33,935 nt of DNA from a virus. Taxonomy: Duplodnaviria; Caudoviricetes. Shown piece by piece: positions 11,801 to 18,866 of the stretch. The first letter of the stretch is position 1. Every line of letters starts with the position of its first letter. Below the pieces are notes generated by a model. The model had not been told where the DNA came from. It ran no database searches and saw only the letters and a list, made by a program, of their open reading frames with translations. The position numbers were made by a program, and so were the translations under genes. The DNA is taken from positions 1-33,935 of the IMG/VR virus record IMGVR_UViG_3300010370_000122. The stretch is one strand, 5' to 3'.

Positions 11801-12333
11801 TCTACTCGTACATGAACACCGTCTACAACATGACGGCCGTGCAGACGATGACGGCGCGCAGCAAGGGCAAGCTGGCCGCCGACTACGCCATGCTGCTCGT
11901 GGTCCCGGTTGTGCTCGGGCAGGCGATCAAGAACCTCATCCAGCCCGACGCCGGGGACGATGAACTCGACCCGGAGGCGCTGGCCCGCAAGCTGGCGGCC
12001 GAGGAACTGTCGTTCCTGATGGGGACAATGGTGATCGCCCGCGAGTTCGGCGGGGCGGCGCAGCTCCTGACGGGCGCCGAGGGCGTCCGCATGGGCTACG
12101 GAGGGCCGGCGGGCCTACGGGCCGTGGGCGAGGTCTACGGGCTCGCCACGCAGGCAGGGCAGCTCGAGTTCGACCGTGCGTTCAGGCGGTCGGCGATCAA
12201 CACGCTCGGCGCGTTCACTGGCCTGCCGAGCGCGCAGGTCAACCGCACCATCGACGGCATTGAGGCGGTGATCGAAGGCGAGGTTGAGGGCGTCGGCGCG
12301 GTGGTCGCGCCGCTCACCGGGGTGCAACGCTAG
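2824..12333 (+). CDS. Giant polyvalent internal virion protein (two ART-like domains, glycosylase-like domain, GNAT-like domain, HExxH zincin, helical C-terminus)
   Basis: ATG2824 overlaps the upstream TGA. Motifs: YHGS...VYPVYVTLQNPL...GHDGVVF...IFNPTDIKS; MHG...GFFFG...KMQNPL...HDSVIL...VFSPEQIKS; TSPN...GQKVGAY...TVDIW...LQALRW; GDIVSVF...GRALM...LDCFD...YYAAHGF; TFLHESAH (8380-8394). Confidence 0.85.
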   Translation: MIEPDINERMARFAPSQNMGDPGDDAIERAVAGMAGVPARPKFEQDADIDAAVLQIAGERRQDMAASLMAASQVNPDQAARASKLGEQFGVGQDIALRNMQELEREAAVRDILRMDLMRNDPVLARYLADRAFASEARDDVGTLAKVKGIIGGIAEIPQSVSEGFRRGIATYELAELIERQRQRGGKIDVLEQAAINSINEEIALLGQESGFWESAATIVTLNLAQAPEYVEPIVTGGVVGGVTGATLGLGGGPVSPATVPAGMLTGIGLGLKAGAVTGAFEASRRLETALLYGQALEEGLDHDAANKVALAGGAVSGLLELVGVGVAGKAYSLAVKQVVRRSMNEALKNRTKAAVLKEVGILYVGGGLGETATEVSQEIVNQTAIEAGKFMRDKPMIFDDPQAMQEFGDRLVDTAIETAQGMAIIGVPGAGIQLYSGVRRAAKAEQQQQVILGLVENRKESGLAKRNEVAYERFLAGQTNGTPAETIYIDGTAAQQVLAQSGVSTAQLEEILPGIRERISEAVHTGGDVTIPTALFGARLANTDLGTAMLPHVRLSPDAMSMTEAQEFATRRQEVVREAEQILAQKQEADATFVQQARQIEDTLASQIVATGQMDEKAARSSAQFMRDFYVTQAAALGMSPQQVYERFPVRVEGAMPAVAAPLEQADQFDQAGQRRTDTPEFKAWSNNAPIVQGEATEFATRQPFAGKAYHGSPVTDITEFDPFAPSRFRKELERGMGAIWFGAEPATATNFAGMAGSVYPVYVTLQNPLVIDAAKEAQPDLYVRLQGGQTIYDIQYIKAAAIARAKRDGHDGVVFVNAYDGAPVGGKATIYAIFNPTDIKSVNNRGTWSRTAANIMEQAATMDAEYLAAVERGDMETAQRMVDEATAVTGYTESGMHGLSRGKLVGNQFDPKLLGSNTGAASAKLGFFFGSKATAATYAFDIDPVAARKHSKKLQSLWKQLTDKIPEQYRYLLTGSMQIESDRGPDAFFPTADPDQTGEQVAFDAEEYYGRLGDGAMFAQEDIMGIADLMSAKDGQRLNEYVENKWIPMWMSALDVAMSEVQSTDASILNVKLKMQNPLVFDFKGSRYRDVSYAQIISRAKEQNHDSVILKNTYDGGGLDDIKIVFSPEQIKSADPVTYDEAGNVIPLSRRFDITSPRIFEQAAVPERELGPIEAAKRLVQETGREAFTDADEFFKKRWNDLLKETKRQVKPTPRNFREAAKRAVADILDFVKNNPKFADYYANDWKVTRSILDDYIGRAITDDEFAMFRTIAGLTSPNTMLPANISDTVGLWDHWMREGNFDAFTLGPKPGTGALVVFEAAEPISGTTANVKVRTIRIIERLIKERGGVTQALEYLQEGVPVKELHKFNRKMGYAGAVGDIGNITDLVQQATGQSELIPRMFIFGQKVGAYTLNAIGDERYTTVDIWESRYIRSHFTGMFDINIGLPESTDEHQIFTRFGDLFKEEMEAVTGRKWAPSALQALRWFYIIGSAREAGYSKASTNETISFYTERRLVQAFGYPGRAATGGGPGVGTTAPGGATGQVRAARIPPKRFERDLESDVAKLPDPADRRRAIAAGYVRYARYNSELGQRGFSFDERRGGPARQHGTLNATVAADFVPGERLKAAFGKANLPIQTIQELVADDAGATAFQSLVAATNSSTQYGAAVAVYQAADYQGKRLFVTEDGTAGFALTSDGDIVSVFSANKSGNGRALMMAAVQAGGRRLDCFDTALPGYYAAHGFKAVARIAWNDEYAPPGWNMETFKAFNNGRPDVVFMVYEGGYNGEYKAGAGEKVKTYDDGVQSQTTALQAIAKSQVFEQAARGPARGGFDPKRLTTILNKTADLSTFLHESAHAFLTFYEQVAATPDAPARIVSDMDELLRWFKIDGATPAERIANWNGLTLDQKRKYHETFAYNFEVYLFDGKAPSVEMQGLFERFSAWLKRVYRSIRDDLNAIYRREFGEDLPILTGEVRQVMDRMLATDEQIKRQAAINEMKPQFQTQEQSGMDDAEWAAYQAMQQEAIEASVTDMNKASMRQLQWLGNARSRILRDMQKKHDAKRKEVAAEVAAELRVEPVYRAMTYLRTGKFIDSDGAEVTVEGPHRLDTKRTQAIYAGLPTEKDMEAVRATGMAMPKVFAPDIAKLGTGKYGMLGVDGLDPDVVAETFGFGSGDQMIRALLAAKPIKEAVAERTDAEMLRRFGDMNTPEAQEAEVQKALHNEARARFVAVELRHVARATEPVRVMLEAAKQVARELIAGMTLREVRPADFIAAEARAARDAGRMGTTVNPEAVGRAAYTRTYNERIAAGADEATAVAEATTAATEAARKAQERSDALKAQYGADPQQALIRAKRAQLYQNQLAAEALRVREEVAKQVKYLRRILRDTNVKAMGAQAADQIAGLLERFEVAPVSLKRLDERKALAAWLAEQEAAGLVPDIAPEVADEARRVNYQQLTVAEFRDLVDAIRQIEFIGKNERKVQLAAERAAYEEKRDEIVTRIRAVGRLRGVKFDPRSPLTNIGRSAAALRGFAAQHLKAASVARILDGGEDDGPLWTFAIRSANAAADMETRMRAEASAKLAEILAPVFALGNMGGKGVFFPSINRSLNREARLAIAMNVGNDGNRQRLLDGEGWTMEQVQPVLESLTEAEWQAVQKVWDYIDTYRPLIAEKERRLYGKEPEWVKPTPFTTRTADGREVRLEGGYYPIKYDPIASDRVATVDEAAEAKRALDGAYTAATTRRSFVKSRVREVVGRPLLYTLDAAFGGVNDVIHDLAWHEWLIQTQRLLRDPEFANAVRETRGPEFLKQLRDWAKDNAAGERKIGVAGEAALSWLRQGISASGLGFNVVSAAMQVTGFNQSIVRLGAKYVGRGVAQFAASPIDTARMVADKSSFMAERGRTQFREINEIRNRVRGQTEVARRVTAGTYFLMMNMQRTVDIPTWLAGYQKALDAGKDDATAVALADQAVRDTQGSGLISDLAAIERGGPVMKLFTVFYSYMNTVYNMTAVQTMTARSKGKLAADYAMLLVVPVVLGQAIKNLIQPDAGDDELDPEALARKLAAEELSFLMGTMVIAREFGGAAQLLTGAEGVRMGYGGPAGLRAVGEVYGLATQAGQLEFDRAFRRSAINTLGAFTGLPSAQVNRTIDGIEAVIEGEVEGVGAVVAPLTGVQR
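4816..8297 (+). repeat. Dispersed in-frame micro-repeat GAGCAGGC(GGC), encoding EQA(A), at domain junctions
   Basis: Copies at 4816, 5398, 6310 and 8287. The last two share TTTGAGCAGGCGGC (6307-6320, 8284-8297). Confidence 0.7.
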
Positions 12334-12364
12334 TACCCGTATCCGTACCCGTATTTCCTAGTCT
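12333..12364 (+). promoter_or_regulatory. Putative late promoter GTACCCGTA-N17-TAGTCT (motif duplicated at 12333 and 12345)
   Basis: The same 9-mer and the same 17-nt spacing to a TAnnnT hexamer recur at 32170-32201. Confidence 0.5.
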
Positions 12365-12385
12365 GACCAACGAGGCTCCGCATCC

Positions 12386-14794
12386 ATGACCATCAGCTCT
12401 ACGACGCGCATCGCTGGGCCATTCATCGGCAACGGGACCGCGTCCGTGTTCCCGTTCACGTTCAAGGTGTTTGCCGCCGCCGACCTTGATGTCGTGCGCC
12501 TCAACATTTCAACGGGCGTTGAAACGACGCTCGTCCTGAACTCGGACTACAGCGTCACCCTGAACGGCGACCAGAACACGAACCCGGGCGGCAGCATTAC
12601 GCTTCTTGCTGGGGTGCTTGCTACGGGCTATACGCTTGTCATCACTTCGGACATCGCGAACCTCCAGCCCACGGATCTGACGAACCAGGGCGGGTTCTAC
12701 CCCGAGGTCATCACGGACGCGCTGGACCGGGCGACCATCCAGATCCAGCAGATCAGCGACATTGGGGACCGGACGCTCAAAATCCCGATCACGGACGGCA
12801 GCCTGAACATGGAACTGCCATCGACATCAAACCGTGCGAGCAAATATCTCGTGTTTGATGCGAATGGATTGCCAGCGATATCGGCAGGGAGTGGTACGGA
12901 TACGGCACTTCGTACGGACCTCGGAAACCAAACGGTCGCAAGCGCAGGTGCCGGGTTGGTTGGATTCAGGCAAGCAAGCGCATCGTCAGTTGGACGCACG
13001 GTATTGGCGCGGATGCGCGATGTCGTAAGCGTCAAAGATTTCGGGGCGGTTGGCGATGGGCTTGCCGATGACACGGCCGCCATTCAAGCGGCCGTTGATT
13101 CATTGGCGGCAACTGGCGGAACCGTGCATTTCCCCACAGGGACGTACTTGATCGCCAGAACCGCCGGGACAAACGAGAACTACGGCCTGAAGGTCACGGC
13201 AAGCAACATTGCGCTGGTGGCCGATGGCAATGCCAAATTGCAGCGCCTGGATACGATCACCACAAACGCAGATGCGTATCCGATCTTGTTCGTCGGAACG
13301 CCAGACAGCAATGCGGCGTCTGCCACCGAGAACTGCGTCATTGACGGACTGTGGTTCGTTGGAAGCGATGTTCGACACACGAACAGCGGAGACGTACCGT
13401 ATGACCAGCGCAATGCGATTACGGTCAAGAACTCGGTCGATTGCGCGATCCGCAACTGCCGATTCACCGCGATTGACAGCACGGCCGTCTATTTCACTGA
13501 ACCCTCCGCATACAGCCTGAAGAGCGCGGCAAGGTTCAACACGACCAAGAGCTATAGAGCAATCGTTGCTGGCTGCGAGTTCATCGCAACGACGCACTCG
13601 ACAACCGGGCGCGCATTGATTCATGCGCTCGTGCTTTCGGGAGTAGACGGGGCAATCGTCACCGACAACACATTCACATTCTGCGACGATGGCGTGTACG
13701 GGTTCACGACTTATGCGCTTTCAACGCAAGTTGAAACGGACACCTACACGCTGTCGGGGACGGCATACAACAGATGCGGGAAGCGGTGGGTGATTTCCGG
13801 CAACACGTTTGTAAACAGCACCGAACACGCGATCTACACGACCGGGTTTGAGGTCGCGATGACGAACAACATCGTGCGCGCAGACTTGCCGGTCTTGTGC
13901 ACCGGAAGCGCCATCAAGACGCGGTCCAGGTATGCGATCATCGACGGAAACGTCATCGGCAACCATGCAGAAGCAATTGAGGTTGCGGAGCCAGCGGCTT
14001 TCGTTACGGTGAGCAACAACACAGCGAGCTCGTACCCATCGACTACGACCGGAGCGTTGCTAGCCGTCAACTCCGATGGCCTGACGGCTTTCCTCAATCC
14101 AGCGAATCGACCGTGGTATTCGTCGTACGACCCAATGGCCGGGATCGCGATCAACGGAAACACGCTCAACATGTCACCAGGGACCACCGGGACGTATGAC
14201 CGTGCAATCCGTGTTGTTACCTCATCGTCAGATGCGAACTTCCCGAACGGGCAGGTGCAGAACCTGACGATTTCCGGCAACACCGTAGTAAACCATCGTG
14301 TCGGTTTGTACCTGAAGAATCAGATGTTCAGGAATGTCAACATCGTCGGGAACACCTTCTACGGCAAGTCGTTCACTGCGGCAGGCTTTAGTGGCGGGAC
14401 CACGATGAATACCGATGCCGCCGTCCAGTTCTCCACGAGCGGAGGGACGGAAGTCGCATTCTCCGGCAACAACGTCTACGGGACGATCAAAGTCTTTGAT
14501 TCTGACACGGCCGCAACGGACTGCCTGCGGTCTGTGGAAGGCAACGTGCTCAAATACGTGCGCGACGCCGTGTTCGATTCCGACATCAACGCGCCTGGAT
14601 TCGGGAACATGGTCACGAACAACAACGGCGTGTTCGTTCTTGATCGAACGAGTTGGGCGCAGGGAGCTGCGTTGCAGAACCAGCTTGGCGATGGAACCAC
14701 GGCGCTGACGCTTCGCAAGTACACGATTTCATACACAGGAACGCAGGTCGTGTTTACGACTGATGATGCTGGAACCACGATTGTTCTGGGATAA
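12386..14794 (+). CDS. Tail fibre/tailspike: T7-like N-terminal anchor plus pectate-lyase-like beta-helix
   Basis: N-terminus GNGTASVFPFTFKVF...QPTDLTNQGGFYPEVITDALDR, then VSVKDFGAVGDGLADDTAAIQAA, then repeated ISGNT/IDGNV/VSNNT beta-helix turns. Confidence 0.85.
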   Translation: MTISSTTRIAGPFIGNGTASVFPFTFKVFAAADLDVVRLNISTGVETTLVLNSDYSVTLNGDQNTNPGGSITLLAGVLATGYTLVITSDIANLQPTDLTNQGGFYPEVITDALDRATIQIQQISDIGDRTLKIPITDGSLNMELPSTSNRASKYLVFDANGLPAISAGSGTDTALRTDLGNQTVASAGAGLVGFRQASASSVGRTVLARMRDVVSVKDFGAVGDGLADDTAAIQAAVDSLAATGGTVHFPTGTYLIARTAGTNENYGLKVTASNIALVADGNAKLQRLDTITTNADAYPILFVGTPDSNAASATENCVIDGLWFVGSDVRHTNSGDVPYDQRNAITVKNSVDCAIRNCRFTAIDSTAVYFTEPSAYSLKSAARFNTTKSYRAIVAGCEFIATTHSTTGRALIHALVLSGVDGAIVTDNTFTFCDDGVYGFTTYALSTQVETDTYTLSGTAYNRCGKRWVISGNTFVNSTEHAIYTTGFEVAMTNNIVRADLPVLCTGSAIKTRSRYAIIDGNVIGNHAEAIEVAEPAAFVTVSNNTASSYPSTTTGALLAVNSDGLTAFLNPANRPWYSSYDPMAGIAINGNTLNMSPGTTGTYDRAIRVVTSSSDANFPNGQVQNLTISGNTVVNHRVGLYLKNQMFRNVNIVGNTFYGKSFTAAGFSGGTTMNTDAAVQFSTSGGTEVAFSGNNVYGTIKVFDSDTAATDCLRSVEGNVLKYVRDAVFDSDINAPGFGNMVTNNNGVFVLDRTSWAQGAALQNQLGDGTTALTLRKYTISYTGTQVVFTTDDAGTTIVLG

Positions 14795-14797
14795 TCA

Positions 14798-15022
14798 ATG
14801 ACCTCCCCCCACCACGACGAACTGTTCCTAGCCATCGGCCGCCTCGAGGGGAAGGTCGATTCGATCCTCGCCCAGCAGTCGCGCCAAAACGACGAGCTGA
14901 AGGCGCACGACGCACGCATCCGTTCCCTTGAGCACTCACGCGGCTACATGCTCGGATGGAGCGCGGCCATCGGGGCCGGCATGAGCTTGGCCGCCAACTA
15001 CCTCGTCAAGCACTTCGCATAA
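14798..15022 (+). CDS. Small coiled-coil protein with C-terminal TM segment (holin/XhlA-like candidate)
   Basis: IGRLEGKVD...RIRSLE coiled coil, then hydrophobic YMLGWSAAIGAGMSLAANYLV. Confidence 0.55.
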   Translation: MTSPHHDELFLAIGRLEGKVDSILAQQSRQNDELKAHDARIRSLEHSRGYMLGWSAAIGAGMSLAANYLVKHFA

Positions 15023-15032
15023 GGAAACCGCC

Positions 15033-15575
15033 ATGCCTATGGACATCGTCATCGCCACCGACAAGCCGAACTACCTGACGAGCGGGCTCATCACCGCCTC
15101 GAGCGGGACTTACGACAACGCGGTCCCGACCGCCACGATCCCGTCCACGACGGGCCAGACGTTCCTCGTCCCGACGAACCTCGGCGACAAGCCCAGCCTG
15201 CTCCGCGTGGTCCCGTTCCACAGCGCGAACAACGCCACGACCCCGAGCATGCGCGTGATCGGCTGGACCACCTACGTGCAGACGAACGGCACCCCGATCT
15301 ACGTCCCGACGCTGCTCGCCGACCTGGCGTGCGCGTACAACGGCACGGCGTTGAGCATTCCGAGCCTGTCCGTGAACGGCACGACGCAGTACTTCTTCCA
15401 TGCGATCACGGTCGGCACGGGCGTGCCCACGGTGAACGTGTACAGCCCCGGCACGGCCGCTGCTGCCGGCACGCCGCCCGCTGGCGTGGTGATCGACACC
15501 ATCGGCGTCCAGTACGTGACGCTCCAGTTCGAGTCCTCGACGGGCACGATGGGCGCGTTCTACGCATTCCTCTGA
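15033..15575 (+). CDS. Hypothetical beta-rich protein, probably virion-associated
   Basis: AAGGA RBS, strong GC3 codon bias, Thr/Val/Pro-rich 180 aa. Confidence 0.6.
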   Translation: MPMDIVIATDKPNYLTSGLITASSGTYDNAVPTATIPSTTGQTFLVPTNLGDKPSLLRVVPFHSANNATTPSMRVIGWTTYVQTNGTPIYVPTLLADLACAYNGTALSIPSLSVNGTTQYFFHAITVGTGVPTVNVYSPGTAAAAGTPPAGVVIDTIGVQYVTLQFESSTGTMGAFYAFL

Positions 15576-15587
15576 TCGGAGGCCGCG

Positions 15588-17315
15588 ATGCGGTACGACG
15601 TAGGCAGGTTCCGACGCCCGATGCGTCGTTCGACGGAAGGACAGCTGATGAGCCTCATCAGCCTGGGCGACGGCTCCACGCTGACCCTCGACTTCACCAC
15701 GGGCCAACTCGACCCGCGCCTGACGTTCACGCGGGCGAGCAACGCCACGTTCATCAACAGCAGCGGATTGGTGCAGTACGCAGATGCGAATATGTTCGTC
15801 AACAGCGCGTGGACAGACGCGAACAACACGCCAACGGGATGGATTCTTGGAACTAGTACGGGGGCAGTAAGCCGCTCCAACGAAACGCGCACGTTCACTT
15901 GCGCCGCGCAGCAGTATTGGTTGTATCAGCAGCCCGCCTCCCGTACTGGCTTGACCTATTCAATTTCCGTCGAAGTGACCGCCGTGAGCGGTTCGATGGT
16001 GTATGGAGACATCATCCTTGCCGGATCTTCAACCTACCTCGGTTGGTACAAAGATGGTGTGTTGCAGGCCACTGGTACTTCAACGCCTGTAACCACCGGG
16101 GTCATCACACTTATCTTCACGGCGAACAGCGACAACACGATCCTTCGGTTGGGTCTTGGTGCTGCCGGAACGAACGTGACTGGAAGCGTGACGCTTCGAT
16201 ATCCGCAGTTCCAGCCGGGACAGGTTCCGATCCGCTCGTACTATGAGAATACAAGCACAAGTGCGGCACGGTACGACTCTGCCCGCTTCGACTACGACCC
16301 GACTACGCTGGCACCGCAAGGACTGCTGATCGAGGGGACGGCGACGAACATTGCGTTCTATTCGCAAACCATCAATCCAAATGCCGCACCTTGGAACGTG
16401 TACTGGTTTGTTGGAGGTGCGGGTTCATCCGTTACACCTGTATCGCAAGCAGATCCCGCCAACACAACTACTGCAAGTCGTTGCGTTCTCGGAGCGAGTG
16501 GAGGGCGTGTTTACAACGGCATTTCTACAAGTGCCGGAGTCACTTACACGCTTTCGTTCTGGGCCAAGTCGATAAGCGGCCCAACGTCATTGGCGTTTTG
16601 GCATTTCAACAGCGCAACCGGAAACTCAACATCAGTTACCGTTACTACGTCGTGGCAACGGTATCAGGTATCAATCTTGGGGAGGACTGGCGGCGGATTC
16701 GTTGAGTTTGGAATTGCGAACAACACGGGCACCGCAGCAACCGTCGATTTCTGGGGCTTGCAAGTGGAGACAGGCTCCGGTGCCTCCTCGTACATCCCGA
16801 CCGGGGCCAGTCAGGTGACGAGGTTGGCGGACTTCTGCTCAATCACCAGCCCGAACTTCGCGCCGTGGTACGGCAGCCCGACCGGGTGGACAATCGTGGC
16901 CGAGATGACTCCGCAGAGCCGCGCCGCCGGATCGTTCCCGGGGATGCTTGCCTTGCGATCCGCAGCGGACAGCGGTTTGCGGATTTACTACTACAACGAC
17001 GGCACCTACAACACGGCGTTCCGGTTCGCAACCGCCTCAACAAACGCAGAGGTGTTTGGTCCGAACGGGGTGACATACGGAGTGCCACGGAAGTTCGGGG
17101 CAAGCGTCACAAGCGGTACGCAATTCGCAAGCAGCGCGGGAGTGCAGATTGGCTCCACGCAGACGCTTGCGGTCCCGATGGATCAGACGCTTCTCGCAAT
17201 CGGAAGTGACGGCGTTTCTCCGACCCCAACCGTGAACTGCCGGATGAACTTCCGGTCGATCAAGTATTGGCCTTACGCCATGACTCTTGCAGACCTGAAC
17301 GCGAGGACCGCCTGA
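15588..17315 (+). CDS. Fibre/spike protein with carbohydrate-binding or LamG-like domains
   Basis: GGAGG RBS. Motifs LTFTRASNATFINSSG, RFDYDPTT...GLLIEGTATN, YTLSFWAK and QVETGSGASSYIPT are typical of phage spike/fibre proteins. Confidence 0.7.
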   Translation: MRYDVGRFRRPMRRSTEGQLMSLISLGDGSTLTLDFTTGQLDPRLTFTRASNATFINSSGLVQYADANMFVNSAWTDANNTPTGWILGTSTGAVSRSNETRTFTCAAQQYWLYQQPASRTGLTYSISVEVTAVSGSMVYGDIILAGSSTYLGWYKDGVLQATGTSTPVTTGVITLIFTANSDNTILRLGLGAAGTNVTGSVTLRYPQFQPGQVPIRSYYENTSTSAARYDSARFDYDPTTLAPQGLLIEGTATNIAFYSQTINPNAAPWNVYWFVGGAGSSVTPVSQADPANTTTASRCVLGASGGRVYNGISTSAGVTYTLSFWAKSISGPTSLAFWHFNSATGNSTSVTVTTSWQRYQVSILGRTGGGFVEFGIANNTGTAATVDFWGLQVETGSGASSYIPTGASQVTRLADFCSITSPNFAPWYGSPTGWTIVAEMTPQSRAAGSFPGMLALRSAADSGLRIYYYNDGTYNTAFRFATASTNAEVFGPNGVTYGVPRKFGASVTSGTQFASSAGVQIGSTQTLAVPMDQTLLAIGSDGVSPTPTVNCRMNFRSIKYWPYAMTLADLNARTA

Positions 17316-17316
17316 C

Positions 17317-17619
17317 ATGGACTACCTCCTCCGCACCGACACCGAGGCGCAGATGGACGATGCGCTGGAAGCCGCAGAACTGCTGGTCGAGAAGGACATG
17401 GGCGGCGGCGAACTCAAACTATTGCCCATCCCCGGCTGCTATGTGGATTTCATCGGGCCGATCCCGCCGTCCTACGACATCGAGGGGCAGCAAATCCGTC
17501 CGGGCGACCCGCGCTTCCATACCAACATCCGGGTGACATTCGAGCTCACGCCCGAGCAGATCGAGGCGCTGCCGACGTTCACGCCGACGCCGGGGATTCC
17601 GTACAGGGTGTTTTCGTGA
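17317..17619 (+). CDS. Hypothetical protein, probable partner or chaperone of the upstream fibre
   Basis: Acidic 100 aa tightly coupled to the fibre gene. VDFIGPI...FHTNIR...PYRVF pattern. Confidence 0.6.
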   Translation: MDYLLRTDTEAQMDDALEAAELLVEKDMGGGELKLLPIPGCYVDFIGPIPPSYDIEGQQIRPGDPRFHTNIRVTFELTPEQIEALPTFTPTPGIPYRVFS

Positions 17620-18107
17620 GGGCGCTCGTCCTCGTCCTGCTCCTGGCCGGCTGCAACCCGGTCGCACGGATCTCGGCGAACGCGACCGCCATCCGCAACG
17701 AGGCCGGGGCGCTCATCGACCACGGAAACGCCACTGGCGACCAGGTCGTGGTGCAGGGCGCAACCCGAATCGACGCCGCCGCCGCGGCCATCCACGGCGA
17801 CATTCCGTCCGTGCAGGCGATCACGCCTGCGTGGCTATCTACCCTCCAGTGGTGGGGCATCGCGCTGGCGGTCGCCGGCGTGGCGTTCGTCCTGTGGCAA
17901 AGCGGGGCGTTTACGGCCGTCCGCATCGCCATCGGGTGGCTGCCTCGCCGGAAGGTCGCCGCCGCTCAAATTGCCGTCGATACACTGGACGAATCGCGCC
18001 CGGAAGGCGAGCGCGAGCTCATAGCCGCCTTGCGCTCCGACCCGGAGTTCGACGCGGCGTTCAAACGCGCCAAGGGGCGCAGAAAGACACAGGATGATTC
18101 TCGCTGA
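17616..18107 (+). CDS. Lipoprotein with a second TM helix (unimolecular-spanin-like topology)
   Basis: Signal MRALVLVLLLAG-C (lipobox LAGC), later TM WWGIALAVAGVAFVLW. GTGA overlap with the upstream gene. Confidence 0.6.
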   Translation: MRALVLVLLLAGCNPVARISANATAIRNEAGALIDHGNATGDQVVVQGATRIDAAAAAIHGDIPSVQAITPAWLSTLQWWGIALAVAGVAFVLWQSGAFTAVRIAIGWLPRRKVAAAQIAVDTLDESRPEGERELIAALRSDPEFDAAFKRAKGRRKTQDDSR

Positions 18108-18204
18108 CCTCCTCGGTACGACTTGGTTCATCGCTCTCGTGGCCGTGGCTGGCGTCCTCGCCGGCGCGTGGCTCTACAAGAAGTATGGGCACAAGCTCCG
18201 CTGA
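18094..18204 (+). CDS. 36-aa single-TM peptide (absent from ORF track)
   Basis: MILADLLGTTWFIALVAVAGVLAGAWLYKKYGHKLR: one TM helix plus basic tail. Fills the gap before the terminator. Confidence 0.65.
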   Translation: MILADLLGTTWFIALVAVAGVLAGAWLYKKYGHKLR

Positions 18205-18238
18205 CCAGCCCAACGGCGTTCGCGCCAATGGCACTGCG

Positions 18239-18270
18239 AGCGGGCGTGGCCTACGGGCTGCGCCCGCTTT
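18239..18270 (+). terminator. Hairpin ending the late operon
   Basis: AGCGGGCGTGGCC-TACG-GGCTGCGCCCGCT, cUACGg tetraloop, short T tract. Confidence 0.6.
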
Positions 18271-18273
18271 GCC

Positions 18274-18325
18274 AAAGGAAACCCCCTCGCCGGGTGACCG
18301 CATCCTGCGGAATCCGACGAGGGGG
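18274..18325 (-). terminator. Hairpin ending the leftward early operon
   Basis: Minus strand CCCCCTCGTCGG...CCGGCGAGGGGG followed by TTTCCTTT. Confidence 0.55.
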
Positions 18326-18344
18326 GAGAGGATGGACTTGCGGT

Positions 18345-18845
18345 TCAGCGGATTCGCAGGCTTGTGCCGCGAGGCAGGAGCTCGCAGCCGGCGATGCTAG
18401 CGCCGTTCTCGAGCGCCTGACGGATGGCGTCCTTGTTGGCGGTCACGGTCACCGTGGTCAGTTCCTTGGGAAGCGTGGTGGCGTCGCACGTCACGGACAG
18501 CGGCTGCTTCCCGCCGTTGCCCGCGACCGACAGGCGGAACCGCGCCGTGTCGATCTTGGTGCGTCCCGTCGTTTCCATCGCTTCCTTCAGGCGGGCCTTG
18601 AGGCGGTCGGCGAGCGCCTCGTCGGTGGCGGCCAGGTCGCGCATGCGCTGGGCCTCGACGCGGCGGGCGTCGGCCCGGGCGATGAGGTGCTGGATGAGCG
18701 CCGCGTAATCGTCGGCCTTCTCGTCGAGCGCCGCATCCAAGCCGGCGAGGTGCGCCTCGAGCGCCTGCTGCGCCTCGGCGTCGCCCCCGTCGAGGATGGC
18801 GTCCACGATGTCGGTGATCTCGTTCTGGATGGCGTAGAGACTCAT
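18345..18845 (-). CDS. Siphovirus Gp157-family protein
   Basis: MSLYAI...EKADDYAALI...RLKARLKEAME...ANKDAIRQAL...GTSLRIR. GGAGG RBS. Adjacent to Bet. Confidence 0.85.
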   Translation of the reverse strand: MSLYAIQNEITDIVDAILDGGDAEAQQALEAHLAGLDAALDEKADDYAALIQHLIARADARRVEAQRMRDLAATDEALADRLKARLKEAMETTGRTKIDTARFRLSVAGNGGKQPLSVTCDATTLPKELTTVTVTANKDAIRQALENGASIAGCELLPRGTSLRIR

Positions 18846-18866
18846 GGTGTATTCCTCCGGGTAGGG

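Noticed and set aside
12386-17315. Diversity-generating retroelement, as in BPP-1
   Set aside because: No reverse transcriptase motif and no TR/VR repeat pair seen.
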